Source of the DNA: Trichoplax sp. H2
Taxonomy: Eukaryota
DNA: 64,000 nt
Assembly: GCA_003344405.1 (NCBI GenBank)
Contig: NOWV01000016.1
Location: forward strand, 124,001 to 188,000
Direction of reading: 5' to 3'
Shown here: piece after piece, positions 14,842 to 27,700 of the stretch
Position numbering within the stretch: the stretch's first letter is position 1
How the letters are laid out: every line of letters begins with the position of its first letter
Program-made: the position numbers and the translations under genes
The notes under the pieces: model-generated
What the model saw: the letters and a program-made list of their open reading frames with translations, nothing else
Database searches by the model: none
What the model was told of the DNA's origin: nothing

Positions 14842-16268
14842 TTACTCAGTTATTTTGATAGCAGTCGACAATTCTCGTAAGGAAACACGGCCTTGAGAGA
14901 TTAACATTCGAATAGTTTGCTGTCAATTAAAAATAGAGTTATTACCATTATGATAGCGCAAGTTACAATAATTAAGATATGCACAAACAGGCTTCAAGAT
15001 GCAGCTATATTTATATTAATTAATCAGTTATGAATAAAGACTGAGATTGTAGGTGTAATTATATATGTATGTTTATTACAACAGGTATTGTTTGGTATTA
15101 TAACTAACCTACGCGTAAAGTGCCCACATGCTTTCGTCATTATGACTTAGTAATACTGTAGCAATGTTATTTGTGCATGTTACGTTAATTTACTACTACA
15201 AGGCGTAGGTACACCTACAAGTATATAACAGATCTGATGTTAATAGTCTACTTGGAGATTCGAGTACAGTTGCTAAGATATGCTAATACTGTAGTATGAT
15301 CGAAATCTTCTATGATTTGTATTCTATTATAGCTAGCAGCGTTAGTACTTTACTAAGCATTAACTTACTCATATTACTATAATATTATCTAGTCACGTCA
15401 CGTTAAGCTAATTTGCTACTGCGACAAGCAATAAGATACATAAGCATACCTACATACTGTACTGTATGTTAGAATACGCATAAGAGATCTGAGGTTGTTA
15501 ATCGTCTATTTGATCAAGTCTAGTTGAAAAGTATAAAGATATGGTTGCAATTCGACTAGGTGGTATGTACTGTGCTGTAGATATGCCTAGGATCAAGAAG
15601 GAACCCATATAAGATTGAAGGTATTAATACAGTAGTATATTTTAGAGATCGAGTACTGTACAGCACAGTAGATAAAGTGCAAAGAAATGGCAAAAACTCG
15701 ATTAAGTGAGTAGTACATTTGATATCTCGCGACGAATTTAGTGTCTCCTGCAAAACTATGACCGTCATCTTATACATGTGATTTACTACATCCTAGTAAA
15801 TTCAATTCTTATCCTATCCTCAATCTACTTATTGTAGTAAGGACGTACACACTCTCTACGAATTAAGTATATAACCTGGTCTTGATGGTGCCGGTTCCTA
15901 TCGAACTCAGCTCGAACCCATTGCGTCATGTCACGTCGCTGGTTTTGGTCTTCAATTCGGCGTATAACTCTCAGCATGTCCCTATATAATGTCAGTACTT
16001 GGCTTCGCAGCATAAACTATGTTTACCCATTTTGTAATCGCCAAATACAGATAAATAGATACATTAACATGAGGCAGATAGCTGTTCATCGTTGAAAGAG
16101 TGTATAAAGATAGAGCATGTCGTCTGAGCACATATTGTGCAAATATGGCAGTACAGTATTTGCAAAGGCAATCGATAATATAACCCATCAAAAATGACGC
16201 AATTAATGATATTATTATTCAAATTTCACCTGTCTAAATGATGGGATAGCAGACGGAATCTTAGCCAT
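14842..16268 (-). CDS. LYRM2: LYR motif-containing protein 2 (mitochondrial), 3 exons
   Basis: MAKIPSAIPSFRQ|FMLRSQVLTLYRDMLRVIRRIEDQNQRRDMTQWVRAEFDRNRHHQDQ|QTIRMLISQGRVSLRELSTAIKITE*. Contains the LYR tripeptide and the W-x-R-x-EF and TIRM-x-I-x-QG segments typical of LYRM2. Confidence 0.9.
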
Positions 16269-16281
16269 AGCTCTACCAAAT

Positions 16282-17470
16282 AATATAGAGGATCAATAGC
16301 CTTATTTGTAGTCTTTATAAGCCGATGTAAAGGTTGAAGATTTGCAGTTTGGTAGCAGCTCCTGCCATAATTCCTGATGAGCTGGAATGTTTACTATACA
16401 CAGTGTACAGTGTACAGTGTGCAGTACAGTACTATACTGTACACTGTACGTATTGTACTGTACTGTACAGTAGAGATCCGGGGATCTGAGTAACAGTACT
16501 CAAGACTCTGTCAAATGAGAGCAAAGGAGGTGTCACTTTAATAGCCTAAAATTAGTGACTCTACCAGTAAATTCGCTACTTTTGCAGTGACATCTGTTTC
16601 AGAATAGCCGGTATCAGCACGGCCAGAGCAAAAAATATGTCTCTACGACGTCCCCAAAATATAAATTCTAAATTCTATTAGCAAGTGAGCCAAACAATAT
16701 AGAGGATCAATAGCCTTATTTGTAGTCTTTATAAGCCGATATAACGGTTGAAGATTTGCAGTTTGGTAGCAGCTCCTGCCATAATTCCTGATCAGCCAGA
16801 TTGTTTACTGTGCACAGTGTACAATGTACTGTACAGTATAGTGTGCAGTACTGTACACTGAGTGTACAGTACAGTACAGTAGAGATCCGGGGATCTGAGT
16901 TACAGTACTGAAGACTCTGTCAAATTAGAGCAAAGGAAGTGTCACTTCAATAGCCTAAAATTAGTGACTCTACTAGTACATTCGCTACTTTTGCAGTGAC
17001 ATCTGTTTCAGAATAGCCGGCATCAGCACGGCCAGAGCAAAAAATATGTCTCTACGATGTCCCCAAAATATAACTTCTATTAGCAAGTGAGCCAAACAAT
17101 ATAGAGGATCAATAGTCTTATTTGTAGTCTATATAAACCGATGTAACGGTTGAAGATTTGCAGTTTGGTAGTAGCTCCTGCCATGGATGATTCCTGATCA
17201 ACTTGATTATTTACTGTACTGTTCCCTTTGCTTGTCCACTGTACACTCGTCAGTAGGCAGGTTGAGAGATCTTGGGATCTGAGTAAAGTACTATCACTGT
17301 TTGTATAAATTGAGAGCAAAAAGATGTCAGCGTAACGTAGCAAAAATACTGGCTCCATTAAGTCAGCGATCCACTTTCGGGGTGACATCTTTTTAGAATA
17401 ACCGGTGTCAACACGGCCACAACAAAAAATGTGTCACTACGATGTCCTAAGAGTATAAGGTCTATTACCG
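16282..17470. repeat. Three tandem ~400-415 bp copies filling the LYRM2/C6orf136 head-to-head intergenic region
   Basis: The unit start AATATAGAGGATCAATAG recurs at ~16282, 16696 and 17098. Copies 1 and 2 are near-identical; copy 3 is more diverged. Confidence 0.9.
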
Positions 17471-17950
17471 AATGAGCCGCTTCTAGGGTGACATCTGTCT
17501 TGAACAGGCTGGATTCCATTCGTTTACACTGTGACAAGAATTGCAGATCGATTGGGATTTCTAGTCAAGACTATAGACTGCGGAGGCTTGACACAACGCT
17601 TGATAGCCAGGCGGCAACTTACTCCATGCAGCAACGCCTTCATCGTTTGCATCATCCTTTTGCTGTATTTTCATTGGTTGTAGCTTTTGACCTCGTCATT
17701 GAAGACATCAGTAAGAGATAGTGGTTCGATACATGTGTTAGCGTGATATATTATTGTATAGAAAAGGATAGGAAATAGCGGCTATATAAGAGCTTACGAT
17801 AATCTCTTCCAACATGGATTGACAGTGGCCATTGCATGCGCCAAAGGTACAGCAAATGCCTTCCAATTGAGAAGATTGAAATAATTTTGATCTCATCTAC
17901 TCGATTCATCTATTGCTAATTATCCTATCCAATATTCTTATTGAGTTTTG

Positions 17951-20282
17951 ATGGCATTACTATCGGTTGGAACGAGTAGTCGTAGCTGCCATTATCCTCT
18001 ACGACGTGTCGCCTACTCGGCATCATGCCAATTTCATCATCATTACTATGATGAGAATTCTTCAACATGGCAACCAAATCATCATTTCCGTGACTTCTAT
18101 TACCCTACGAATACTGGACTGTCTAGGTTGCAATCCAAGATAAATCATCAACGACAGATAACTACTTGGCAATCGCCTCTTGTTGCCAATCATAAGGTAA
18201 TCCATCCGTTCATGATTTTGTCTCATTTTTTTCGATAGCACTGTATAGCAACGTTAAACGGTAGTGGTGTATATTGCATTGATCGGATCCGATAGGATGA
18301 TGGCGTTATTAGTCGCTATCATTCTAATAGCAACTTTGCGCAAGTAATTAGAATGAATGAATGAAAATCGATCGAGTCATGATAGCCATGTTTATATGCA
18401 ATAATTTTGATGCTACAAGATAGAAAGACGATCAATAAGTTTCGTCTGGCCAGTCTAATAATCTCTCGTACTCGAATAGTAGCAGATTGTTTCCGTTTTG
18501 GTTTGCATAGGCAATGAGGCCAGTAAACCATTGTACTAGATACAGTAGGTCTTGATGAAGGTCAAATAGGCTTTTAATAATCGTCTGTCATTTTTGCCAT
18601 TGGATTGTCAGGAATCATTCATGTTAGCTTGCCCCCCACCTGGTAATGATATGAGCGCTTATCGTAAAAACTCGTCCTCGCTGATGGCATATCCAACATC
18701 CAACAAAGCATCATGGAACCATGGCATCGTCAATACGCGTCGATCAAAAAACTCCAGCAATTCGACTCTCTTAACCGACAATGATAAAATGAAATCTGGT
18801 GTCAAGCTACCTGTAATAAAAGACAAATTAGCTGGTCGTGTAATAAATGATTGCAATCATTTACATTGTGAGTTAGGATTAAATAATTGGATTTCAAAGG
18901 GATATCATCGAAATAAACTACCCCAATCGAAGAATCGAAGGATCCATCATATGTATATCATGGCTCTCCTATGCTACAAGTCAACAATATTGAACAGGTA
19001 ATGATGAATCATTCTGTTCCAGCTTGGACGCTTTCAATATCTGATAATCATCAGTGCTGTAAAGAACAATCAATAGTAAATAGTAAAAGTGAAAAGAAAC
19101 TTAAAGACGATACTAAGACTCTTCCATCAACAGCTCAGTTGGAAGTAATCAGAGAGAGACTTTCATTTGAGGTAATAGAACGTAGTAGCATTTAGCTAGT
19201 AATATGTAATTGGCTTTAAAATTATTTCCATTTTCTAATAATTCAATATCAAAATTAAACAACATGTGGATAAATGGTTTCCAATCTCTTCTTTTATGGT
19301 CTATCTAGCTTCCAGACTTTTTTACTGCAAAGCAGAGTTATAGTATTTACAGTGATAATATTGTCTTCGAAAACAAACTATTAAATATTAAAGTCAGGTT
19401 AGTACTGATGAATTATGGACGGTCTTGCTTTGCTAGAGAGAGCAGAATGATCCTTTGTTGCATTATTATTTGCAGTGTTTACTTTTTTTAATACTGATGT
19501 TGTAATAGCATTGTGGGTATCATAGAAACAGGTTATGTACATGTTCTGAATGGATGTTCTGTAGGGGTTTAACATCATACAAAATGATGGTCGCTACGAT
19601 GAAAGGAATGTGCAGAGCTTACTGCTGTAATTTAGTTTTTGATGTACTCAAAATTACCAAGCATCACGACGATGGAACTATTCGTATTAGATGGAGAGTA
19701 ACTGGACTTCCACGACATCAAGTTGCATTACTAATTTGGCCATTTATTCAATCGCCCAAATGCAGGTATATTTCAAATATTGTAGTATTGCCATGATGAG
19801 GTGTGCATACCTGTTGACTAGTTTAATTTACCGATATCCAGTAATATTCCAGCACAAAGTGTTATTGTAGTTATGTATATGTTAATGTTACTTTAGTTGT
19901 ATAACAGGTAAACAGTGCTACTATATGCACATCACTGCAAATGAATGCCATTGTGTTATAATTTATCTTTTGTCGTGGATATTAAATTTTTAGATATTTT
20001 GAATGCTTTTCGGTCTTACGGGTTGGAATTAATGGTGTAATTAATCACCATCGCCTAGACAAGGTAAATACTGTATAAACTTGTATGGTACAGTCTTTTT
20101 ACAGTACAAAATATTTTTACATATTTTCAAACGCGAAATTTTTTCGAGAACTCTTTGAGTTGTAGCTCAGTGTAATTAACTCTCATAGAGTAGACAATAA
20201 AATAATGTGTTTAACTTATGGTTAGGTTACGCCTTCTGATTATCCTGAGACTACTCAGCGAAATCTATGGCTACCGGTCTAG
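17951..20282 (+). CDS. C6orf136: C6orf136 homolog (DUF2358 / NTF2-like domain), probable mitochondrial presequence
   Basis: The spliced C-terminus QLEVIRERLSFELPDFF...YSIYSDNIVFENKLLNIKVRG...DVLKITKHHDDGTIRIRWRVTGLP...YFECFSVLRVGINGVINHHRLDKVTPS matches the C6orf136 family (ERLRQELP, YSLYS, ARWRLVGLP, HRLDKLMPS). One internal junction (~18998-19083) is tentative. Confidence 0.85.
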
Positions 20283-21379
20283 ATATCTGGATCAGATCCT
20301 ATTCGTGACAAAAAACGCAAATGATTTTACAATATTAATGTCAGTTAATGATAGGAGTCATATCTAAATTCTTATTTCTATTTAAAAGTAATTTATGAAA
20401 GGTACTATAAAGATATACTTTTATTCGTAACTGATGCGTACTTTTCCTTGAGCTGTATTGTCTTTACAATCTCTGTTAATATTTTTCACAAATCTTTTCT
20501 ATGTATCCAATATTTTAAACTACAACTTGATGCAAATATATCACTACATTGTTTGTGGTACGGATCTTGATAAGTAGCCTACTATTTATATAACCTATTT
20601 CAAATTGGTATTACAAGATTTGTAACCATCATGATAAAATTGTCTTCAAAGCAGAATATTCACTAATACACTGTTTGAAAATTCTTGATCTAACACCGTT
20701 AGCATCGAGTGTAAATAACTATATATGGTGTATATTATTCTCAAAAACTTTGATAAAGTAGGAAACACATTTAATGTCAAAGGGACGATCACTTGTTTTC
20801 TGCATCAAAGTTTATTTTGCTCGCCTTTGGCGAGTGATATAGTGATAATAAATGTTCAGTATCAAGTTAACGAGAACTATTTCATGCATGTACAGTGTAT
20901 AACACAGATGAATATTCTGTAGTTGCTGCTTTAAAACAGTTTAGGACTTTAGTTGACGAAGTTTGTTGATATCACTTGCTTAATAAATTCTGTCAGATGT
21001 GATAAATGATACAGATGCAAGAGATATCGATTATTTAAATCACTAACAATGATTAACCTTCATAAAACCATTGAATCGATGTAGCAAGTATACTATTGTA
21101 GTGGAATCTCTAGAATACGTATCAAGTGTCTATCTGGGAAGCGAGACTGAATGGCTACATGGCCTTTGGCTTGATCTATTACAGTGGAAAATTTCAGACA
21201 TGTTTAATTTATTTTTATTTAAAATATTAGGAAAAATACAAAACAAGAGTGTTACAAGCGCTTTAGACCAGTATATCTGATATCATTAGCAAATAACTTG
21301 ATAAAATGGGATATTGATGATTTCCAAGTAAAAAAGGAAACTGTATACTTAATTGCTTCTTAAGACAGTATCCTAGTAA

Positions 21380-23463
21380 CTACTTTGATTCATCAATTTT
21401 ATTCCGATGAATTTGAAAGGAAGGTGTAATCCAAGCTCCGCAAGAACACTGTGAACCTATTTGATGTTACAAACAGTTTTTATTACCACTGTTAGTCTTA
21501 TCGACTTCTGCATAGGAATAAGCACAACGATAAATTAGCCTACCTGCCCAGTTGAATGAACCAATACGATTACTACATTTAGGGCATGAGAGCTAGGTCG
21601 ATAATATTCAAAAATTATGTTATTATAGTAATAAATTATGGGTATTGTGACAATATTTCTGTGAAAGAGAGCTATGAAGATCCTGCACTGAGAGTTCTTA
21701 CTGATACACTATATAAATCATACTTTTCCTTCCACATTTCCAACAATAACTGATTCCATCCATGGCAATGGTTGTATGAAATAGGAACTACATACTGAGA
21801 CATCGTGTTGTTGATTATTATTATTTTTTGCATTGCGTTTTCTCCACTTGAATGCCCCTTGTCCGGTGCCAATTGAATGTGTTAGAATATTATTTTCTGA
21901 GTATAGTAATGACCTATTTTGATTAAGTAATAAACATGGATGCCGCTGTAGAATCGATACTTTTCTCTATCTGTGATAGATTTCATATCCTTATTCATTT
22001 ACCTCAATCGATTCTTACCTGCATTTTCTACATTTATATACAATTTTTCCATTTAGTAGGCCATGATGAGAGCTACGAATGAATGATTTAACTTTACTAA
22101 CATCGCCAAGTACTACGTTATGAATGAAAAATGTTTGCAGTATGAGTACCTTGAATATGATTAGTGTGACTATTGTTACTGCTATAACGGATCTAGAGTA
22201 ACTAATTATTTGGTTATGATTTGCTACATATACATAATAAATGAATCGTATGAGATAATACCATGCTAACCTGTATACATTCTTGCTGTGTTTTGCAATT
22301 GATAATTTCTATATTCAGCATCGGATGGTTTAATTTTGCAATTTAATTTTTCGTATAATTGTAACTGTTGAACAAATCCTACATTGGGACTATTGAATTA
22401 ATCCAAAGTATTTAGGTCAAGCATAAGGGTAAGATTCTCTTTATGTTATTGAAACTATACTTTGCAAATTCCATTTCAACTCGTGACTATCAATTGGTCA
22501 CCGTCAATGATCAGGCTATTAGTATTGAGACTTAAACAGAAAATTGCTAGACTAAGCTTGACATGTGTTAAGCAGCGAGTTCCTGAATTAACTTTAAGTT
22601 GCCTTTAATTAATTCTTACCACATGTTTGCATTAATCGATTTAAGAGCATTATAAGCTTCGGTATATGGCTTTTCTTCCATCTTCATAAGATACGCAATC
22701 AGGACAAAAGCACTTCTGGATAGCCCAGCTGTACTAAAATATAAGGATAAAAGCATTGGATTGCTGGTCTACGCATATTGAGATGTAATAAATATCTGTA
22801 AGTGTTACAGACGAGCTACTTTGCGTGTTTATAGACTGTAGAGATGACTGGGTACAATATTCATTGCCAACAGGATTGGATCATGTTTGCGGCAAATGCT
22901 AGTTGGAGCAGTATGCTCAAACGTTCATGATTTTTGTTGACATTGACATTGTTCTAGCGTGCACTCCTAGTTCTAATGGTAATGACGTTATAATACATGA
23001 AATTGACGATACTATGTCGTACAAAGTAACTATCTAGATGTTGATTGCGCTGTGCTGATGATTGCTTCTCGATTCATGAATTATAATCATGACGATACAG
23101 TACTGTAAATTAATGATTATTAACAAATCAGCTTTTTGCAAAAGTACTTTTGCGATAGCATGATTTGGCATCATCGAAATAAGGTAGAGCAATTCTATGT
23201 AGTATTTACCAATGGACGAGAACTTTGCCTTGATCCATGCCTACGTTTATAAACTGGATACAGTCTTCGATTTGATCGAGTAAGTCGGTAAATGGAGTAT
23301 CTAAAGCTTGGACAAATTTAACATGCAATGATAAATTATCGAGCTCTTTGACTGGTTGTGCATCGATTGTTAAGACATGAGAGATTCCGCGTGGATTTTC
23401 CTTAGCAAGTCCTATCGAATCATCGATATTGCCCCAAAGTAAGTTGCCATGCACTAGAAACAT
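21380..23463 (-). CDS. DUSP12: Dual specificity phosphatase 12 (YVH1 ortholog) with C-terminal zinc-binding domain
   Basis: Catalytic motif VLVHCTAGLSRS (split by an intron), PNVGFVQQLQLY, and Zn domain YKCRKCR...CSSYFIQPLPWM...GKLSCPKCSNRIGSFNWAGSQCSCGAWITPSFQIHRNKIDE. Stop at 21380-21382. Confidence 0.93.
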
Positions 23464-23585
23464 TTCGATTGCTAGTCATGGATGAATTATATCAGCAGAT
23501 CTCTACTTTAACTTTGGTCACTGTAGATTTTGGAGAGTGTGGAAAGAGATTCTAGTCGGTGATATTATTATAATACAGTATAGCT

Positions 23586-24548
23586 AGTAAGGATTGCAAT
23601 GGATAGATGGATAGAAGGTACTCGAATCTACACAGTACATGACATCAAGAAAGCGAACCTCTCATTAATCGGATGAGAGATGGCGATTGCAAAGATACAA
23701 CTTTGATTTCTATCCGTATAGGATCAGAAAATGCAATATCGTTCAGGAGCGATCTTGCTTGCAATACATCAATATCGCAGTAATTTCCGAGTCTTCTATC
23801 CTTCTAATCGCCACCTAAAACAAACACTACATAAGATATCAAGACGAAGACTAAGATTGAGTTGCTATGATTTCATTCCCAATTTATCGTGGAAGACGAG
23901 TGCATATGTTACGGTCAATCCCGGCATTATAACACATATAGACGAAAATTAGAATTATTCCTTAGGGCAGATATTGCCAATGTTTACCTACGAAGTAGCC
24001 TTGAAGCTAAACTGTACATTCTACTGTACGGTATATAATGAGTAAGATTTTGTGTACCATTTTTAGTTGCAATAGCAAGTAAGGATTGTAATGGATAGAA
24101 GGTACTCGAATCTGTACAGTACATGCTATCAAGAAAAGGAATCCCTAATTAATTCCATCGGAATTGGCGATTGCCAAGATACAACTTTGATTTCTATCCA
24201 TCTACAATCCGAAAAATGCAATATCGTTCAGGAGCGATTTTGCTTGCAAAGGCTTCAATATCGCAGTGATTTCATTGGCTTCTATCCTTCTAATCACCAC
24301 CTAAAATACTACATAATATATCAGGACGAAGACTAAGATCGGATTGCTATGATTTCATTTCCCAATTTATCGTAGAAGACGAGTAGAGATAGACGAAAAT
24401 CAGAATTGATTTCTTTAGGGCAGATATTGGCGGAGTTGATCAACAAAGTTGAATAGGCTTGGGGGTAAACTGTATAGGATTCTAGTCCTGTAGAGTACAG
24501 TAGATAGTGAGTAATGATTTTTGTGGAACATTTTCAATTGCAATAGAA
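23586..24548. repeat. Tandem duplication (~490-bp unit, 2 copies) in the DUSP12/VPS52 head-to-head intergenic region
   Basis: AGTAAGGATTG(C/T)AATGGATAG...AAGGTACTCGAATCT recurs at ~23586 and ~24078, with colinear similarity through CCCAATTTATCGT(G/A)GAAGACGAGT and TAGGGCAGATATTG. Confidence 0.9.
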
Positions 24549-24792
24549 ATTATACCACGATTGTAATGGAAAGAAAACACTGGAATGGCTATAGTGTAAT
24601 ACTATACGCGTTTACATGAATGATACAGTATACTATGATAGTAGATCAACTCCATCGGCGTGCTATGCCATACTACACTCTAGTCATCGCACTACACTTT
24701 TAGACAGTATACTAAAATTGGACTAGAGAAGAAAAGAATATCCTCGGATGGTAGCCGGACGGATCACCAAGGCTTTGAAAAACTGGAGCAAT

Positions 24793-27700
24793 ATGGCTGA
24801 TGTAGAAGGAGCTGTGGAAAAAGAAGATACGCCAAGGCAGACACTTGAAAATGGAGAGGAAGAGGTAAGCGATATCGTTAAAGTAGAACATAGAGTACGA
24901 TTCAATAAGCAGTTGCAAGTTGATGTTTAAAACATGATGATTGAAAACATCACTTTTATCGACTTGTATTGGCGTTGGATAGCCTCAGATCAATTTAGAA
25001 CTTGGCCAGTTGGATTTAACCTCGCAAGACGATTACTTTTTAGATGAAGTGGATGGTAAGTGTATAGGGTATATTTTATACGGTAGATGACAGGAAATGG
25101 ATCTTGACAGGAATGGATCTTGTTTTTGATGGAGATATCCATTAGAGAATTGGATCATCTTGATGACTGTACTGTTACTTTGATGATCGTGAAAACAATA
25201 CTTTTGCATCGAATCCACAACGTTATTGATATATTGATGTCAGTATATCTTCTGATTGATAGTGCATATTCAAGAAAATCTAGAAGATGAATTAGTCCAA
25301 GAAGCACTTAAAACGGTATAATCACTATCGGTAGAGGCTTGACTCAGCTTTGATATCATCAGTTGAATTCTTTCCTATGGACTATTTTATGTAGGGTGTC
25401 GATTTACGACAGTACTCACGACAGATACAGCGTGAGCTTTGCGTTGTGGAGAATTCATCTATACAAGATTGTATCCCCTCCTCGTACTTTGTACAACATT
25501 TAACGTACTATTGCTACATTCATTCAAGTAAACAATCAAACTTATTAGAAGTGATATAGCAATGCTCTTTAACTAAGACTTAATATACAAAGATATCAAA
25601 GAAAGCGAAAATATTGCCAGTTTACATTATCAGATTGCTTCTTGTGACTCTCTCCTAGAGGTAATGTTCATAATGATCAGTCTACTGCTAAATACTGTTA
25701 TAAATCTTAAACTATTGTTTCAATGCCTAGTGTAAGTCTTAGCTTAACAGTCATATTTAGCCTCTCGATGTTGTAATCAAGACTTTTTTCGCTCCGATAG
25801 GTATTTATTTTCTCCTACATTAGATTATCCTTAGAATTATAATTGTACATATTGTCTAAGTTAGCTATAGGACTCGAGAGAGTAGAGATACCATTGCTTT
25901 TTTCCATGATGCTCTTAAAATGATTCACCAATATTACGTTCTAAAGATAATACCAATGTTTTGATCAACATGAATTGAACTCGTAGTCAATCAGATGTAC
26001 TTGTGCATACAATTATTACTGTAGATTGTACGGATAAATCTATTTATGTCTCAAAATAAGGAATCAATTTGTATTTTTCGCAGCTTATGATACTAATAAC
26101 TCATTTTCTTTCTTCTATTCCAGCGAATGGAACAGATGCTAAGTAGCTTTCAGGTCATTATTTATACTTACACTGGAGACGTATTAATGATATGTTTAAT
26201 TTCTAAGACTTGGATTTATTGCTTGCTAACGATAACAGACTGACTTGCGTAGCATTAGTACAGAAATTCAGACCTTACAAGAGCAATCTATGTCTATGAA
26301 TATTAAATTAAAGAATCGACAGGTAACTCAATTTGTACAATCTATGCTGTACGAAGATGATAAAGTTATTTATTGATGTAGTTATCTATAATGAAATCCA
26401 ATTAATACTAACAATTCTTCAATGTCATCAGTCGGTTAGGAGTGAACTTAGCCAGTTCGTTGATGAAATGGTTGTTAGCGATTATCTTATAAAGTCAGTA
26501 TATAGAATCATTTATTTATTCTGTATTTGCTTTTATTGATCTACTGTATACTGCAAAATTAACTGCAACCTTGCTTTATCTATTAGACATATTTGTGAGA
26601 CTTCTGTAGTCGAACGTGCTTTTATCGAATGTTTACACGAACTAGCACATAAAATTAATTTCTTAAAGGAGCAAATGTTTCGTGATACATTGGCTTGCGA
26701 AGATGTTAAGGATGTCATCGAAAAACTGAGAGTGAAGGTTATATTTCAGCGACATTGTCGCCTATTATCACCTTTATGCAATCCATTAAATTATTCCCCT
26801 ACATTAATTTTTAGGCCGTAAGTAAATGTCGTGATTATTTGCTCGGCAAAATTTATCAGTTCCGTAAGCCTATGGCAAACTATCAAGTTCCACAGGATAC
26901 GCTATTACGTTATAGGTAAGACTTTTCCTTCAGAAGAGGTCATTGACGCTACTCATTTATTCAGTAATTAACACTCTGCTATTTACTTCCTTGTAGATAT
27001 TTTAATGAATTTCTTATGTCGAATCATCGTCAAGTTGCCACAGAAGTGCGGGATGTTTACCTGGAAACTATGAGCAAAATCTATTATTGCTATTTCCGTG
27101 GATATATTACAAAATTGTTAAAATTGCCTGTAAGTTATGAATAGTAATTGTAATACTAATAGTAATATTGAGCCAAAACGAAGCTTGCATCTTTTGAATG
27201 TGTATTTACAGATAGAAACTATCGCTGAAAAGGAAGATTTAATAGGAACAGAAGATTCTACTAGACGAGATATCTTTCTAATGTGCTTTATGCACTCTTT
27301 CTAATTTTTTACTTCATTGTAGCACAATTCAATCAATAAGTTAATAAGATAGTCCTTGACAATGAAGTAACCCTGTTTTCAGTTAAAACGGTCGTAAAAA
27401 ATCGATCAGCTATATTTTGTTTAGGACACCGAATATGCGTCTTAACAACTGAACTGAATGATCCAATCATTGTACCTCATACTGCTGGTAAAGGAGATAA
27501 AAAGGTTTGTCATTTTAACATTTCTCTAGGATCTAGATTATGTTTCCAAATTAAATTACTGACATTGCAAACTATCTATCTATTAATAGCATTCCTTAGA
27601 AAATATATTTAGAAGTGTTCAATTCGCTTTGGCGGATAACTGTTGCCGTGAATACCAATTTGTAGTTGATTTCTTTAATGCAAGTGGCTCACGCGCACAA

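Noticed and set aside
17080-17721. ORFs 17080-17388 (-) and 17488-17721 (+)
   Set aside because: Located in the repeat or 5' region of C6orf136 with no protein-like features; the first is disrupted in the other repeat copies.
18971-19001. Apparent frameshift between overlapping ORFs in C6orf136
   Set aside because: Explained by an ordinary ~86-nt GT-AG intron (~18998-19083).
22150-22195. Apparent extra DUSP12 mini-exon with AG/GT boundaries
   Set aside because: Phases do not fit. The flanking exons join directly in frame (...MYT-V-LGDVSKVK...).
23731-24336. ORFs 23731-23952 and 24091-24336
   Set aside because: They lie in the duplicated promoter unit, the frames are not conserved between copies, and there is no homology.
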